From NCBI GenBank assembly GCA_020536535.1, contig JAHLWZ010000091.1, positions 1 through 64,000 on the forward strand: 64,000 bases of DNA, read 5' to 3'. Position 1 is the stretch's first letter, and every line of letters starts with the position of its first letter. The translations under genes were made by a program, and so were the position numbers. The DNA comes from Pelomyxa schiedti (Eukaryota; Protista; Evosea). Positions 1 to 11,699 of the stretch are shown piece after piece. The notes under the pieces were generated by a model, which was not told the origin of the DNA, did not search any database, and saw nothing but the letters and a program-made list of their open reading frames with translations.

Positions 1-830
1 GGACGCGCGTTCCGCGAATGTGTGGGGCATGTTGCCAGCATGCCTGGGAGGCACGAGAGCCAAGGTCCCTACGACTACCGCCAACAGCAGTAACAACTCA
101 CTCCCTGTTTGTTTGTTTGTTTGTTGTTTTTGTTTGAAGAGGTCAGTTCAATTTTCTTAAGAAACGTAGAGAGGAATGGTGGGGAGAAAGCTAGAAGATT
201 TAAAAAAAAAGAAGCGCGGAGAGGGGCCGCACTCATCACTCCTGATGTTGCCCTTCGTTTGTGGGGTTTTTTTCCGACAATTTCCTGTCAGTTGCTGTAT
301 AGATCTTTGGGGACTTGATTGGGGCAGGAGCAGTCTCTCAGGCTCTTGTCAACCCCACTACTACGTTAGGCGGTTCCTCCAGTGTTCTTCATGCCCCTCA
401 TTCAAAACACCAGTCCCATTCTGAATGCCCTTCGTGTAACGATCGAAAGACAACGAAACAAGGTAATGAGAGTGCACCAACCGTGGTTGGCAGTGTGTCT
501 CGGGCTCGCGATCGTGGGATGCGCTCGGGCTTCCACCACGATCTCGTCTCTTTCGTCTTGGAGGCTCCAGTCCGCGGCCGTAGCCCAAGTTGGCGGCCAA
601 CAAGCTTCGACGGCGGGGTACGACGATTCGTCGTGGTACCCAGTGTCTGTTCCATGTACAGTTTTCGCTTGTCTACTCCAGGTTCGTTTTTTTTTTTTTT
701 GGTTTCACCTAAACACTTTTTGTTGTCATTGTGTCATGCGTGTAGAATGGGGTGTATGAGGAACCTTTCTATGGAATCAACTTGCAATCAATATCGTCTG
801 AACCTTTTAATTCGAGCACTTGGTGGTACC
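1..830 (+). repeat. Diverged direct duplicate of 22768-23599 (head-to-head 5' ends of the Cys-rich gene and the GH2 gene)
   Basis: Colinear from GGACGCGCGTTCCGCGAATG to ...CACTTGGTGGTACC in both places, with scattered substitutions and small indels. Confidence 0.97.
466..830 (+). CDS. 5' fragment of a second copy or allele of the GH2 exo-beta-D-glucosaminidase, truncated by the gap
   Basis: MRVHQPWLAVCLGLAIVGCARAS...WYPVSVPCTVFACLLQ, intron, then NGVYEEPFYGINL; matches the gene starting at 23237. Confidence 0.85.
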
Positions 831-930
831 NNNNNNNNNNNNNNNNNNNNNNNNNNNNNNNNNNNNNNNNNNNNNNNNNNNNNNNNNNNNNNNNNNNNNN
901 NNNNNNNNNNNNNNNNNNNNNNNNNNNNNN
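831..930. other. Assembly gap (100 N)
   Basis: Run of n. Confidence 1.
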
Positions 931-1232
931 TTTTCCTCCCCCAACGCCAACCGCAAACAAACGACCCCTCCCAAGTGTAAAACCTCCTGCCCGCTCCAGT
1001 TTTTTGTACGCGGTTTTTCAAAATTTGGGGCTTTATGCCTGACGAAATGAACGCCTCATTCTCATCACATTTGCACACCGGTGTAATTTTGCTACGCGTA
1101 TAAAAAAGGAAAAAAATCCAGACGAGACGCGATGAAATCAACAAGGCAACCAAAAAATGATTTGGTGGTGTCTAAATTGTCACGGGGATGCCAATTCCGG
1201 CCAGGATAGGGATTCCTATCCTCGCCTTGTTA

Positions 1233-3046
1233 TTAGCAATCATAGACATAGAAATTCGGGGTGCCAGTGTATGTAGAAAAGAACTTCTTGCCGTCCGGTG
1301 TGGGCTGAGAGAAAGCGCACTTTGACTTGGGTATTGTGCAACCATAGACACTGTTTGACCTGCAAAAGTATTAGTGTTTAGAATTTCTTGAAGTGGTTGT
1401 GGTTGTTGGTAATGTGCACAAAAAAAACCTGGCGGCATCGATGAGTTTTGTTGCTATTCCCTTCCTGCGGTATTTCTCATGCACCCATATTCGGCTGATT
1501 CCAAGGGCAACATCGACGTGGGTGTTGTGACATATTATGGCTGTATCTTCTGACCCGGTTGTGCTTGTTGGAAGTGCAGCAGTGATACCCGTGCTTTGCA
1601 AGGGAGGAGCGGTAGGCTGCTGTGAGGTTGGTGTTGTACATGTGTGCGGTTTTAGGGTGGATGGATCATCTTTTGTTACGCAATCCGCGGCAGATGTTGT
1701 TATGTCAGTGTGGTTTTCCTTGGTATTCTGTGTTGAATCTGGTGTTGTACAGTTGGGTGCTGTTGTGTTCGTGTGATCGGTCTGATTCTTTCCTTCAACA
1801 TCACTGCAAGCTGGAGTTCCACTGGGTACCTCTTTGGCTTCAGGAGTGATGCTATTTCCATCACCTTCAAGGGACTCACTTTGACCATCTTTACTTCCTT
1901 GACTTGATTCGGTACTGGTTGTTGACTTTTGTGCGACAGTGATTGGAGTCAGTGCGGAATTAACGGTAACCAATCGGTGAGCTGACTTCATGGACTCGGT
2001 GACAACTGCTCCAAGAGCTCTTCCTCCCGAGTCAAGATATATAAAAAGCTGCGTAGAAAGTTAGATTATGAGGAAAACAGTTCGAGGGAAACGCAAACAC
2101 TTTTGAGAAACCTGCTCTGAAACTCCTCTTCTAGAGTTCTCAAATCCGAGTTGCTGTTCAACAACTTGCAGTACTTTGGCACCCTGTGCTATGTTATTCG
2201 AAGGGTACTTTTCCTTCCAAGACTTTTACTAATAATTCTGGAGTACTTAAACTGCGAGGAATCATTGGGGAAGCCTGAATTTTAACCTGAGTTCAAAATT
2301 TGGTACAACACAAAAATGAACCTGGGGGTTTATGATTTCTGCTTGCAGGCTTTCCAGCGGGATTACAATGATGCCACTTCCATCCACATGATATTCTTTA
2401 ACAACATTTGCTTTGGTTTTCCAATTCTGTTTTGTGCAATGACCTTAAGGCAGTCACATCAATAGGAAAACCTTAAGTTTAAAACAGGCTTGATGCTTTC
2501 TGTGAAAATTGTCATGGAGGGAAACATCTTCAGTGCCTGGAGTATACACTGCTATGGAGTCAGGCAAGAAACCATTTGAAAACGTGTTTACCCATTCCGC
2601 ACTCAGGACACGTTACTGAGGCGAAATTCTTTTGACCAACATCTAGGAACAATTGAACTTTCTTTGGTGCTGTTGGTAGGGCAGTTGTGGTTCTTTTCTT
2701 TACAAAGCCCAATATTAGGTTACGAAAATAGGGTGGTTCCATACGTGTTTTGCTTGCGGCGGAGCTGCACTACTACAAAACAGAGGAAACAAATTAGAGA
2801 AGGAGGAAAAAACCAGCAAGCAAAGCAAAGCACTCATCAGGAAGATCTATCGACAGACCTCGACGAGCAGTCGATAGCAGACGGCGTGGGCGTGGAGGTT
2901 GTTGTCGACGAGAGCGACAACGGGGGGTGAACGTCGGCAGCCGGCCTGCGTTTCCGCTGGTACGTCCTTGGTCTCTCGCCATTGATTACACTGTCTGCCG
3001 ACACCGCCGACGACTTTCCCTCCAACGCAGCACCAACACTTCTCAT
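1233..3046 (-). CDS. ECO1: Cohesin N-acetyltransferase of the ESCO/Eco1 family (multi-exon)
   Basis: QLFLDVGQKNFASVTCPECGM..Y..G..D...H..FH zinc finger; LGISRIWVHEKYRRKGIATKLIDAAR; terminal AFSQPTPDGKKF. Confidence 0.93.
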
Positions 3047-3156
3047 CGCCACCACTTTGGATCTCTCAAATCACTCGTTTCTTGCTAAAATCCACAAAAC
3101 TGCGAAAAGAGTGGTCTCGTGCACGCGGCGGTTTGGTTGATGTACAGTCCTGGTCG

Positions 3157-4720
3157 ATGGTGTTAGCACCTACATCTCGGATCTCAGGCTCATTATACGA
3201 TAAAACGCGAAGGCGACGCGGGGCTGGCGTTTGTCGGGGGGGCTCTGGTGCGTTAGGTGGTGCATGGCGTGCCGGCCGGTTCCCGCAGCCGTTTTGCAAT
3301 GTGAATGTTGTTGTGATCTCCGCGGTTGTTGTACTGTTTGTGTGGCAATTTGCGATTCATTCCGAGTGTCTGTCGTAAGCTACTTTTTTCTTTTTTCCTC
3401 TCGTTAACCTTGAGTTTGGACAGTATTTTTAATGGATTAACTTTTTTAATTGATTCAATTTACGATACTAATTGTAACAGTGGGGACTTGCTGGTTCTGA
3501 TCCACACAGCATATGTTTTTCTTGGTCTTCTACGCGTTGGAGTCATGCTTGTCACAGTGACCTATTTCTCATACTCGTAAAGGTAGGTTTTCCCTCGAGT
3601 TCTCACTTGCTTCTAACTATATTAGTGAGGGTACAGAACCCTGCTAAGTGGTATTGGTCCAGTAGTATTTCCGAATGCTACTGCCCTCTCCCCACAGAAA
3701 GAAATGAGAATATCCTTAAATCCAAGAGCAGCCAGTAAAGAACACAATACCGCTCTGAGTGATCAGCCTCTCAAGAAACAGCTCTTCTATGTATGATGAA
3801 CACTCGGCTTTTTCTGTGCTTTTAACCCATGCTGTTATGATTACAGACTTTTGTTCCAAACGATGCATTTGCATCCTCTCCCTTTTCTCGATTTTTCCAC
3901 GATCATGTATAAGGTTTTGTGTAAATTCCAGTTGAACATCTCTGAAGGTACCTTATCTGGAGATATAAGAATACCATTGCTGCAGTTCTGAAAGCCCCTC
4001 AGGGTGATAACTATGTGTATTTTACCACCTTTTTCCCTCCTGTACTTATCCCATTTAGAGACATTAAACCGCAAAAGGTTGTTATACACAACCATATTTT
4101 ATTTGATCTAATCAGAGTTTTGGCAGTTGGGAGATATGGGATCATGCAGGCACTACGATTGCGCGACGAACATCATTTCCCCGACCGAAAAGCCGGAGGG
4201 CACTATGTATAACGAAACAGTCCGCCTTCCATTATTATTGGCTCACTGTCCCCCAGTGGAATATCTTGCCTGTAGTTGTTGCAGGAGACCAGCACAGCTT
4301 CCACACAGGCAAACACAACCAAATGAGATTGACTCACTTTGGTCTAAGTTTTGCCTTTGGGGTGGCCTTGTTGGATCTGTTTTTTCCGTTTGGGGATTTT
4401 AACCAGCATCATCAGGGCAGTTGTCCTTCCTGCCCTGGAACATATTATCTCCTCAGGTGTTGGCTCCCGATTCCAAAGCAAGGTATGATCATGAGATACC
4501 TCACCACTGAGAAATTTCATTATTTATCCCATTTAAACTATAACAACCCATCAAAACACAAGATGAATGTGCCCCAGCAACCAAGCAACACTACCAGTAG
4601 TGCCAGCACTAGGCTCTTATCCACCTGTACAAAAAGTTACAAACAATGGAAGAAAGAATATCTTTTTGTCCTCTTGGGTTTATTTTCAAGGAAGGTGTTT
4701 CCGGGCGAGGGGTGTTGATG
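3157..4720 (+). CDS. Hypothetical multi-exon protein with an N-terminal hydrophobic segment
   Basis: ORF with VVVISAVVVLFVWQFAI followed by a GTAAG donor, then exon-like pieces (PAKWYWSSSISECYC, GSCRHYDCATN); no family recognised and boundaries uncertain. Confidence 0.35.
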
Positions 4721-4884
4721 CCGTTTCAGGGGCGAAGCGGCACCAACCGCCTATACAGTAGAGACGGAGGGGCAAACTCAAACATTAAAAAACTCACATT
4801 AGTGTCGAGCAGGTTGCCAATGATGGCTGATATTATTATTATCCCACCCCACTATCCCCAAAAATGATGCATGCAACCACCACC

Positions 4885-5020
4885 ACCCAAACTGCTCTGC
4901 TCCCAAATGCTTGCTCCCAAACTGCATGCACAACCACCCACTCTTTGCTCCCCCAAATGCACCCAAATGCTCCCAAACTGCAACTCACTCTCCAAATGCA
5001 CCACCGCTCCAAAAATGCAC
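4885..5020. repeat. Cluster of about 8 copies of CCCAAA(C)TGC
   Basis: cccaaactgc, cccaaatgc and tccaaatgc recur with irregular spacers. Confidence 0.65.
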
Positions 5021-5529
5021 TGCTGCCCCACTTAGTATTCACTGCTGTCTGTTTGACGCCTTTTCTTGCCGGTTGTTACTGTAGCCTTTTCTTTTTTTTA
5101 CTATTTTTATTTTTTTCAAAAAATTTTCGCCTAAAAAGTAAAATTTTTGGCGCGCAAAGTTTTTGCTCCCAGAGGATCCCCATCTTGTTGTTTGAAATGA
5201 GCCTATCGTTATGTTTCGTTGTATGCACGGTGTTGGTTGTAGTGCACAGAACTGGTTTCAGTTTGGTGACAATTCTGCCATCATGATGAAGCCCAACTTG
5301 GAGCTTGTGTGGGTTGGATACAGTACCCTTTAACAAGGGAATGACGTGGAGCAAAGGAACAACAACTTTGACAGGGCAGTCACACTTGTTGCTGTTGACA
5401 TCAACCCCTTGGAATGATGTTTGTTGAGGTGATTTCGTTCGCCGTTCAGGTCAAATCTGCAAAAAAGCTGTTCAGTGAACAACACACACGGGGGTGCTTA
5501 CGATGGGTGTGCGGGAAAGCAAATCAAAT

Positions 5530-7609
5530 CAAATGATGTATAGGTGGTGTGGTATTGTCACCGTAATGGGAGTCTTTTACAACAGTACGTCGTGCATATA
5601 CATTCTTGAGAAATATAAACCCCACAATATGTGAGCAAGTTCTGATATCCCAAGCAAGCCTTTCCAAGTTTCTCCATGTTCCCCTTTTGGTTACCTTTTT
5701 GGGAAATTTGGTTTTTCTTGGAGTTTTTTTACCCGGTTATGACATACAATTTTCCAGGTTCTTCACCAACCTCGGGTCAAATAGCAGCAACGCGTTGCCA
5801 TATCAGGTAGGTTTAACCAGGGAACCTACACGACCCGCCTATGGAGCCGAAAGTGCCGTGGTTTATGTGAATGTACGGGCCCCTCCATCCCCAGAGTCTG
5901 ATAACATCCCACAAAGAAATGGCCTGGATCCACGGAAGAGTGCCAACGTAGTGCATTGTCCACCAATAGCCATCAGGGGCAGATGGCATGATATGTTGCC
6001 AGTCAGCAACAGCAGCTGGTTGTTCCCAATCATCAGCGTATAAGTTGTTCCAAATCAGAGGAAAGTGCCAAATTCAGAAGTTTGTTTTTTATCATCCACC
6101 TGAAGGAAGGAAGTTCAGTCACTTCATTGATCAACGGAAGGAGAACCTGGTTCCACCATGCATTGCATCAATGAATACTTCATCTCTAAGGCGACTTTGA
6201 GTTCGTCCGCTCCCTCCACAGAAAATACTTTATGGGTATTGGGAGCACAGGTCCCGTGATACCTCTCCTCAAGTACTACAATATCAACACCGCACTTCTT
6301 CCACACAGGGGCAATGCAGTCGAAAGTATTTGCATCATTTGGCCACTCCCAGCACATCTCTGGAATCCAAGCAGCACGCGAATCTCTTGAAAACGTATTG
6401 AAGAGCAGTTCTTTATGGTACTTGCCACTTCATTCATTCATATCGTCATGAACGAAGGGCATTACATGTTGTGAGTAAGCTGAAGTCATGACACTCCAGG
6501 CCCCACAGTTTACGCCCGCTTTCATCCATTCTACGAACTCTTGGTCATGCCACAAAGCAGACTGTACAAGTGGCCCACTAATGTGAAAATTGCCTGTTAC
6601 TTTATGTGCGGCATGTGCCCACATCACATCATCAAAACCAGAGTGTTCAGAATCATCAGCTCGGCCACGAAGAACATCTGTGTAAGAAAGTGCTTGATTC
6701 CCATGATTAATGAAAACAACATTGAGTTTGGGCTTTGAGTGATCAAAAAAGATAATGCATTACCTTGGCTGAATTTACTCCCATATCGGAGTTAACACAC
6801 TGTACAGAGTCATATGGTCTCCCTTCAAAGGCAGTGTAGATTTCGAAGTTCATTCTCCAGCCTCTTTGAAATTCTTCAGGGAAGAGAGTGCTTGTTTCAA
6901 AGTAGAGAACATCCGAGTTGGCCCGCAGTCCCATCACTTTGGTGTTGTTTTTGACCCCACTTGATCTGCAGTCATCCCACTCGATAGCAGCCTATTCATG
7001 GTTGTTAGTTTTGCCTATTTGAGGGGAGTACTCCAAATACCCTATAGGACTCCGAGCCAGGGCAACCGTATCTACATCCTCCTTGTTGTATTCCAGCAAA
7101 ATAACCACACCCACCTACTGATCATCTCCATTCATAGCCAAACAAATCAATGCGAAATTGAACATAGTAGCTCCCTTCATTGTAAACACAGCCACAACAT
7201 CCTGCCACAAGGAATGTTACTCACCCAACTCACCAGTCTGCCAAACTACTTCCTCTTCACCTTCACTCATATCACACCATCCAACCAAACCACAGCAGTT
7301 TCTCAACTGGAAGTCTCAGTCCTATTCATTCATTTGTTGGTACAGACAATCAACCTTTGTTTTCCGAGAAATCTTCATTGTCATCACCCCTTGGGTCGAG
7401 CGTCTTGACGTGGTCCAAGCGCCACACCACCCCCACCAGCTAATCCCATAATTCCGCCGACACTCTCGCTCCCGATGATGGCATCACACCCCGCCGTGCT
7501 GCATGAACCACCACCGTCAGCACGCTCGTCGGCGAGGCCACCAGCAACACAACTGAACACAACAAAAAGCTACGGCCTGAGCCACGGATGAATGACACGT
7601 CCGCTTCAT
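5530..7609 (-). pseudogene. Glycoside hydrolase family 57-like gene with introns, disrupted by stops and frameshifts
   Basis: GH57-like motifs VVFINHGNQ, FHISGPLV, SAYSQHVMP, AWIPEMCW and YADDWEQ; in-frame TAG 7440-7442 and TGA 6430-6432; frameshifts near 6188 and 6041; 3' end uncertain. Confidence 0.75.
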
Positions 7610-7659
7610 TTTTTAGCAGGCCACCAGCTCGTAATCATTGTTTGATTGATTCGACGAAA

Positions 7660-9529
7660 ATGGCTTCGGTGTCGAGATACGTCAACCAGGAGAACGAGGC
7701 AACTTCGTGCTGGTTGCGCCCAGAGGTAGTGGAGTTCCTGTCGCGGGAGGACATCTATGGCCCACGGGTGTCCCAGCTCCGCCGCGTCATCGCCACCCCG
7801 CCCCCGCTCACCACCCTCCGCGCCAACTTGGCGCCCGGCAGAACCCCAGTCCGCGGCGACGTCGGCGGACCCAACACCAGGGCGAGCCCCGCAGCCGACG
7901 CCGACGCCGCCACCGCAATCACCACCAGGGCCCAGGTGGCGCAGCACCTCCGCGACAAGTTGGGTGCCTCGTTCGACGTGGCGTGCGACGACCGGCTGCC
8001 GGACCTCATCGTGGTGCGCTCTTCGGCCTCGTCGCGCGGCCGCGGCGGTGGCGCAGCGGCGGACTCCCACTCGTCTGAGCCGCCTGCGCCCGCGCCCGCT
8101 GAGTCTGCAAGCGCACCGCCGTCTGCCACGACGACCGCCACGGCTTCGACGGTGACGAAGGGCGAGGAAAAGGGGTTCCCTGAGGTGATTGTGGATGCGA
8201 AATGTGGAGAAGCAGTCATGCGCGGCGCTGAAGTTTTCGCACCAGGTTTGTCATCCAATTGTGTATTGTTATGGGACTTGAGCTGTAGGATTTTTTTTGT
8301 TTTTTTTCTAAGTTTTTTTTTCCCCCCCTAATTTGGAGCTATGAAGGAGTTGTTGGTGCTGAAACAGGGATAAATACTGGGCATACTGTGGCCGTTTATG
8401 CTGATGCCGATGGAACATGCAAGAAAGGTGAAACCAACAAATTCTTGGGAAGGAAAGTGTTTGTTGGGAATGGTGTTGCAATGATGGGAAGGAGCTTCTT
8501 TTACAAGGTTTGGTTTACCTGTGGCGTGCACGCCCAATAATTGACACGAAGAAGCGTAGGTTAAAACAGGTGTTGCTGTGCAGATGACAGAGCGGGTTTA
8601 TCATATGCCACCTCTGAATGGGTTCCTTGAAGACGTGCTTTTTCTCCAGAATTTGCCTTCAATGCTTGTGGCCCCGATTCTGTCACCCACTCCAGGCTCC
8701 TTGGTATCTATCCATGCAACTGCGCATTCCACCTAGCTCATCGACGGATATTTTTGTAGATTCTGGACATGTGTGCTGCACCAGGTGGAAAGACCTCACA
8801 CATTGCTTCCATCATGGAGAACAAAGGGAGAGTGATAGCAATTGACAAGACACCCCAAAAGGTTGTACAACTCAAGGCAACCTGTTCCCGGCTTGGTGCC
8901 ACTTGTGTGGAGTGTTACAGCTTTGACTCAACAAAGCTGTTATCAGAACCTCCCTCCCATTCAACATCCAACTCAACTCCGGCAGCAGCCACAACTGCTT
9001 CAACCAACCCATCAACTGCAACATCTTCAGCCGCAATGCACGTGACAATAGATAATATTGGGGTACCACCTTATCCACCAAATACATTTGATGCCATTTT
9101 GCTGGATCCCCCGTGCAGCGGAATTGGACTGCGGCCATGCTTACGTGAGCCAATGCATTTGAAGGACCTAGAAGGGCACTGCCGGTACCAACGGAAGGTT
9201 TGTTTTGCCGAACCTCACATTGAAATTCACAAAAATTACAGCTAATCCACGTTGCCGTTGCCTTGTTGAAGCCTGGAGGAACTCTCGTGTACAGCACATG
9301 CACAGTGAACCCACAGGAAGGCGAGCAGAATGTGCACTTCATACTCACCACTTTCCCAAACATGCAACTTGTGGCACCACCACAGTTTGTTCACGAATTT
9401 GGGGGAATTGGAAGGAATGGAACTGGCCTGACTGCGGACCAAGCCAGAATGGTTGTGCGGTTTGATCCCTGTGTGCAAACTGATCACCCTGCTTTCTTTG
9501 CTGCAAAGTTCAAGAAGAATAGTGTTTAG
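7660..9529 (+). CDS. NSUN6: RNA cytosine-5 methyltransferase NSUN6 (PUA plus RsmB/NOP2 domain)
   Basis: TTLRAN; VIVDAKCGEAVMRGAEVFAPG; LDMCAAPGGKTSHIA; ILLDPPCSGIGLRP; LVYSTCT. Confidence 0.93.
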
Positions 9530-9620
9530 AATAACACCATTTTAATTTTCTAAATAAATGCTTTGCACAGTTGCTGCAAAGTCTTCAAAAAAAAAAAAAA
9601 GTTTTTTTTTTGTTTTTTTA

Positions 9621-11327
9621 TCAAGGAATAATGGCACGACACTCAAAGTAGTACCTCTTTTCATTTGCTTCTCCCATGCTGAATGTTTTTCGTGGTACAA
9701 CGCCCATTTCCACAACACCAATGAACAGGTCGGACTTGTTCATTGCTGGGAGGAAGAACCCACAATTGCCGGGTTTCTCCTTGCCCACTGTGACAACTAC
9801 ATTGTCACCATGGACATAGTCAATGTTATTTCGGGGGATGAGTGCGTCGAGAGCAGGCTGGAGTGTCCCAACTGCCAAGGTATGGGTAGGGTCTTTAATG
9901 GTTACCTGTTGTAAGGAGTTAGAGGGGAGATGAAATGTGGTAATACAAACCACGCCACAGGCACTTTGCGACACAAAGCCAAATTTGTGAGGAGGGGTGT
10001 TAGCATTTGCTTTTACTCTGGTAACCATCTCCTCAACGGCACATGGTTCGAATACAAAGCGGGCTGCTCCGTAGAAATCTCGAAGTTGATCCAGAATGTT
10101 TGGCTTTTCGGTGGTTAATTTCGCTGTCAGAGTAACACTCAACGAACCTGTGTGTTGAAGCACACCCTATGGATAGGTGCAAAATGAAGTCCGGAGTCAT
10201 GAACATTCTCAAGTTCAACAAGTGCCCATCGTGCAGGATGGGTATTTGGGTCAGCCCCTTGATTGAAGTTTAAATTGTGCCTTTAGCAAAGCTGAAGTAC
10301 CATTTTCTTTATGCATCTCCCATACCCTCTTAGCGGTGGCAAGAGAGTGATTTCCGTCACCAACGGCATAAATTAAGGGATTTTTCCCAGGTCCATACCT
10401 TTTCGTGAGTGAATATATATTGTATTTCCAGTCACAGATGATTACTTGGATGCCTGTGCGGCGGGTGTTGCCAATCCATCAAGAGCCGCGCATACGTTGG
10501 CTTCAAGAGGTTTGGGTACAGAGTACCCAGTGAGATGCCCACCCTCCATCATAAGCTCTACATCGTAAAGCTGGAAGGAAAAATTAATAGACGAAAAGAA
10601 ATGAAGATAAATTACTTTGGGGAGTGTCCCTTTGGTTGCAACCAAAGGTTCGATGACGGTGTGGTGAGGGTCATCGATAAGAACAAGGATATGAGGAACC
10701 TCAATTTTGGCTCCTGTAGGGGAAAGGGTCAAAAAGTTAATCTATCTTTTCATAATAACCTGTTCTGATCTTGATGCGTGGAGGAAGTCTCTCCACAATT
10801 GTACCCTCAGTTGGGCGGATGAGAGTCTGCGATCTCGGAGAGAACTCGTATTTCTCAAGGTCGATTTCAATCATGAGCCCATGGCGCAAGTGTCCATCTG
10901 ACACTCGCTCAACCAGGATGAATCCGTTGTGAGGGACGAGCAGGCCCTTCAAAAAGATGTTAGAGATTGTGAGACATAAAAAATGCTCGAAAAAAACCTG
11001 AGCAAGGTACGAGGTCATTGCGCCTTGAATTGCTGCGATTCGCTTGTTCGCACTTGTTTCGTCCTCATTCAAATAGACCTCGGGATAGATCATCCTCAAG
11101 GTAGATGGTGCGGCTCCAACAATTCTTTCAACTTCAGCCCAGTATTGTGGCTCAGCTGTGTACTACAGAGCGAAACCCGTTAGTCCCAACAAGCGCAAGA
11201 GGGAAAGAAAAACAAAGGAACAGGAAGGTGGATCTATGTGTACCTGGTCGCAAGCAACAGTGGACCATTTACGGAGATCTGAGCCATTTGCGGGCAAAAG
11301 AACGGTAGGGACGCGTGCCGCTTGCAT
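9621..11327 (-). CDS. DUF1015 family protein, bacterial type (multi-exon)
   Basis: KWSTVACDQ; IRPTEGTIVERLPPRIKIR; YAVGDGNHSLATAK; VPRKTFSMGEANEKRYYFECRAI. Confidence 0.88.
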
Positions 11328-11699
11328 CTCAGGGTTTTTTCTTTTTTTTTCTCGTTTCTACGTTGATCGTTTTTTGTACCCTTCGACCTGTCTAGGCCGA
11401 GCCCCATTCGGAAATTCCGTGACTTTCCACAAAGATGGATCCTTTTGATAGCCACAGAACCGATTCGGCCAGTCAAAGGAGTTACTCCTTCAGGGAATCG
11501 AGCCAGGAATCTCCTACTATTCTCCCACAACGGCTAAGGCGGGTAATCTCTCAATCTCCCATTCCAGAGAATTAAGGTCCGCATCATCACCACATCGAGC
11601 ACCTCGGTTTTTCGCAATCGCGGAATACCAAGTACATATCGTATTCAGATGAACGTCTGGGATTTCAAATCAAAGCCAAAGAAATAGAAAAAACCGTGT

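Noticed and set aside
4885-5020. CRISPR array or telomeric repeat
   Set aside because: Units are 9-10 nt with irregular spacing, the context is eukaryotic, and there are no cas genes
6430-6432. UGA read as Trp (alternative genetic code)
   Set aside because: TGA terminates translin and the F-box gene, Trp is encoded by TGG in intact genes, and the same locus also has frameshifts and a TAG
6430-6627. TRM1 tRNA methyltransferase, suggested by the GPL..HD pattern
   Set aside because: No SAM-binding motif; the surrounding motifs fit GH57 better
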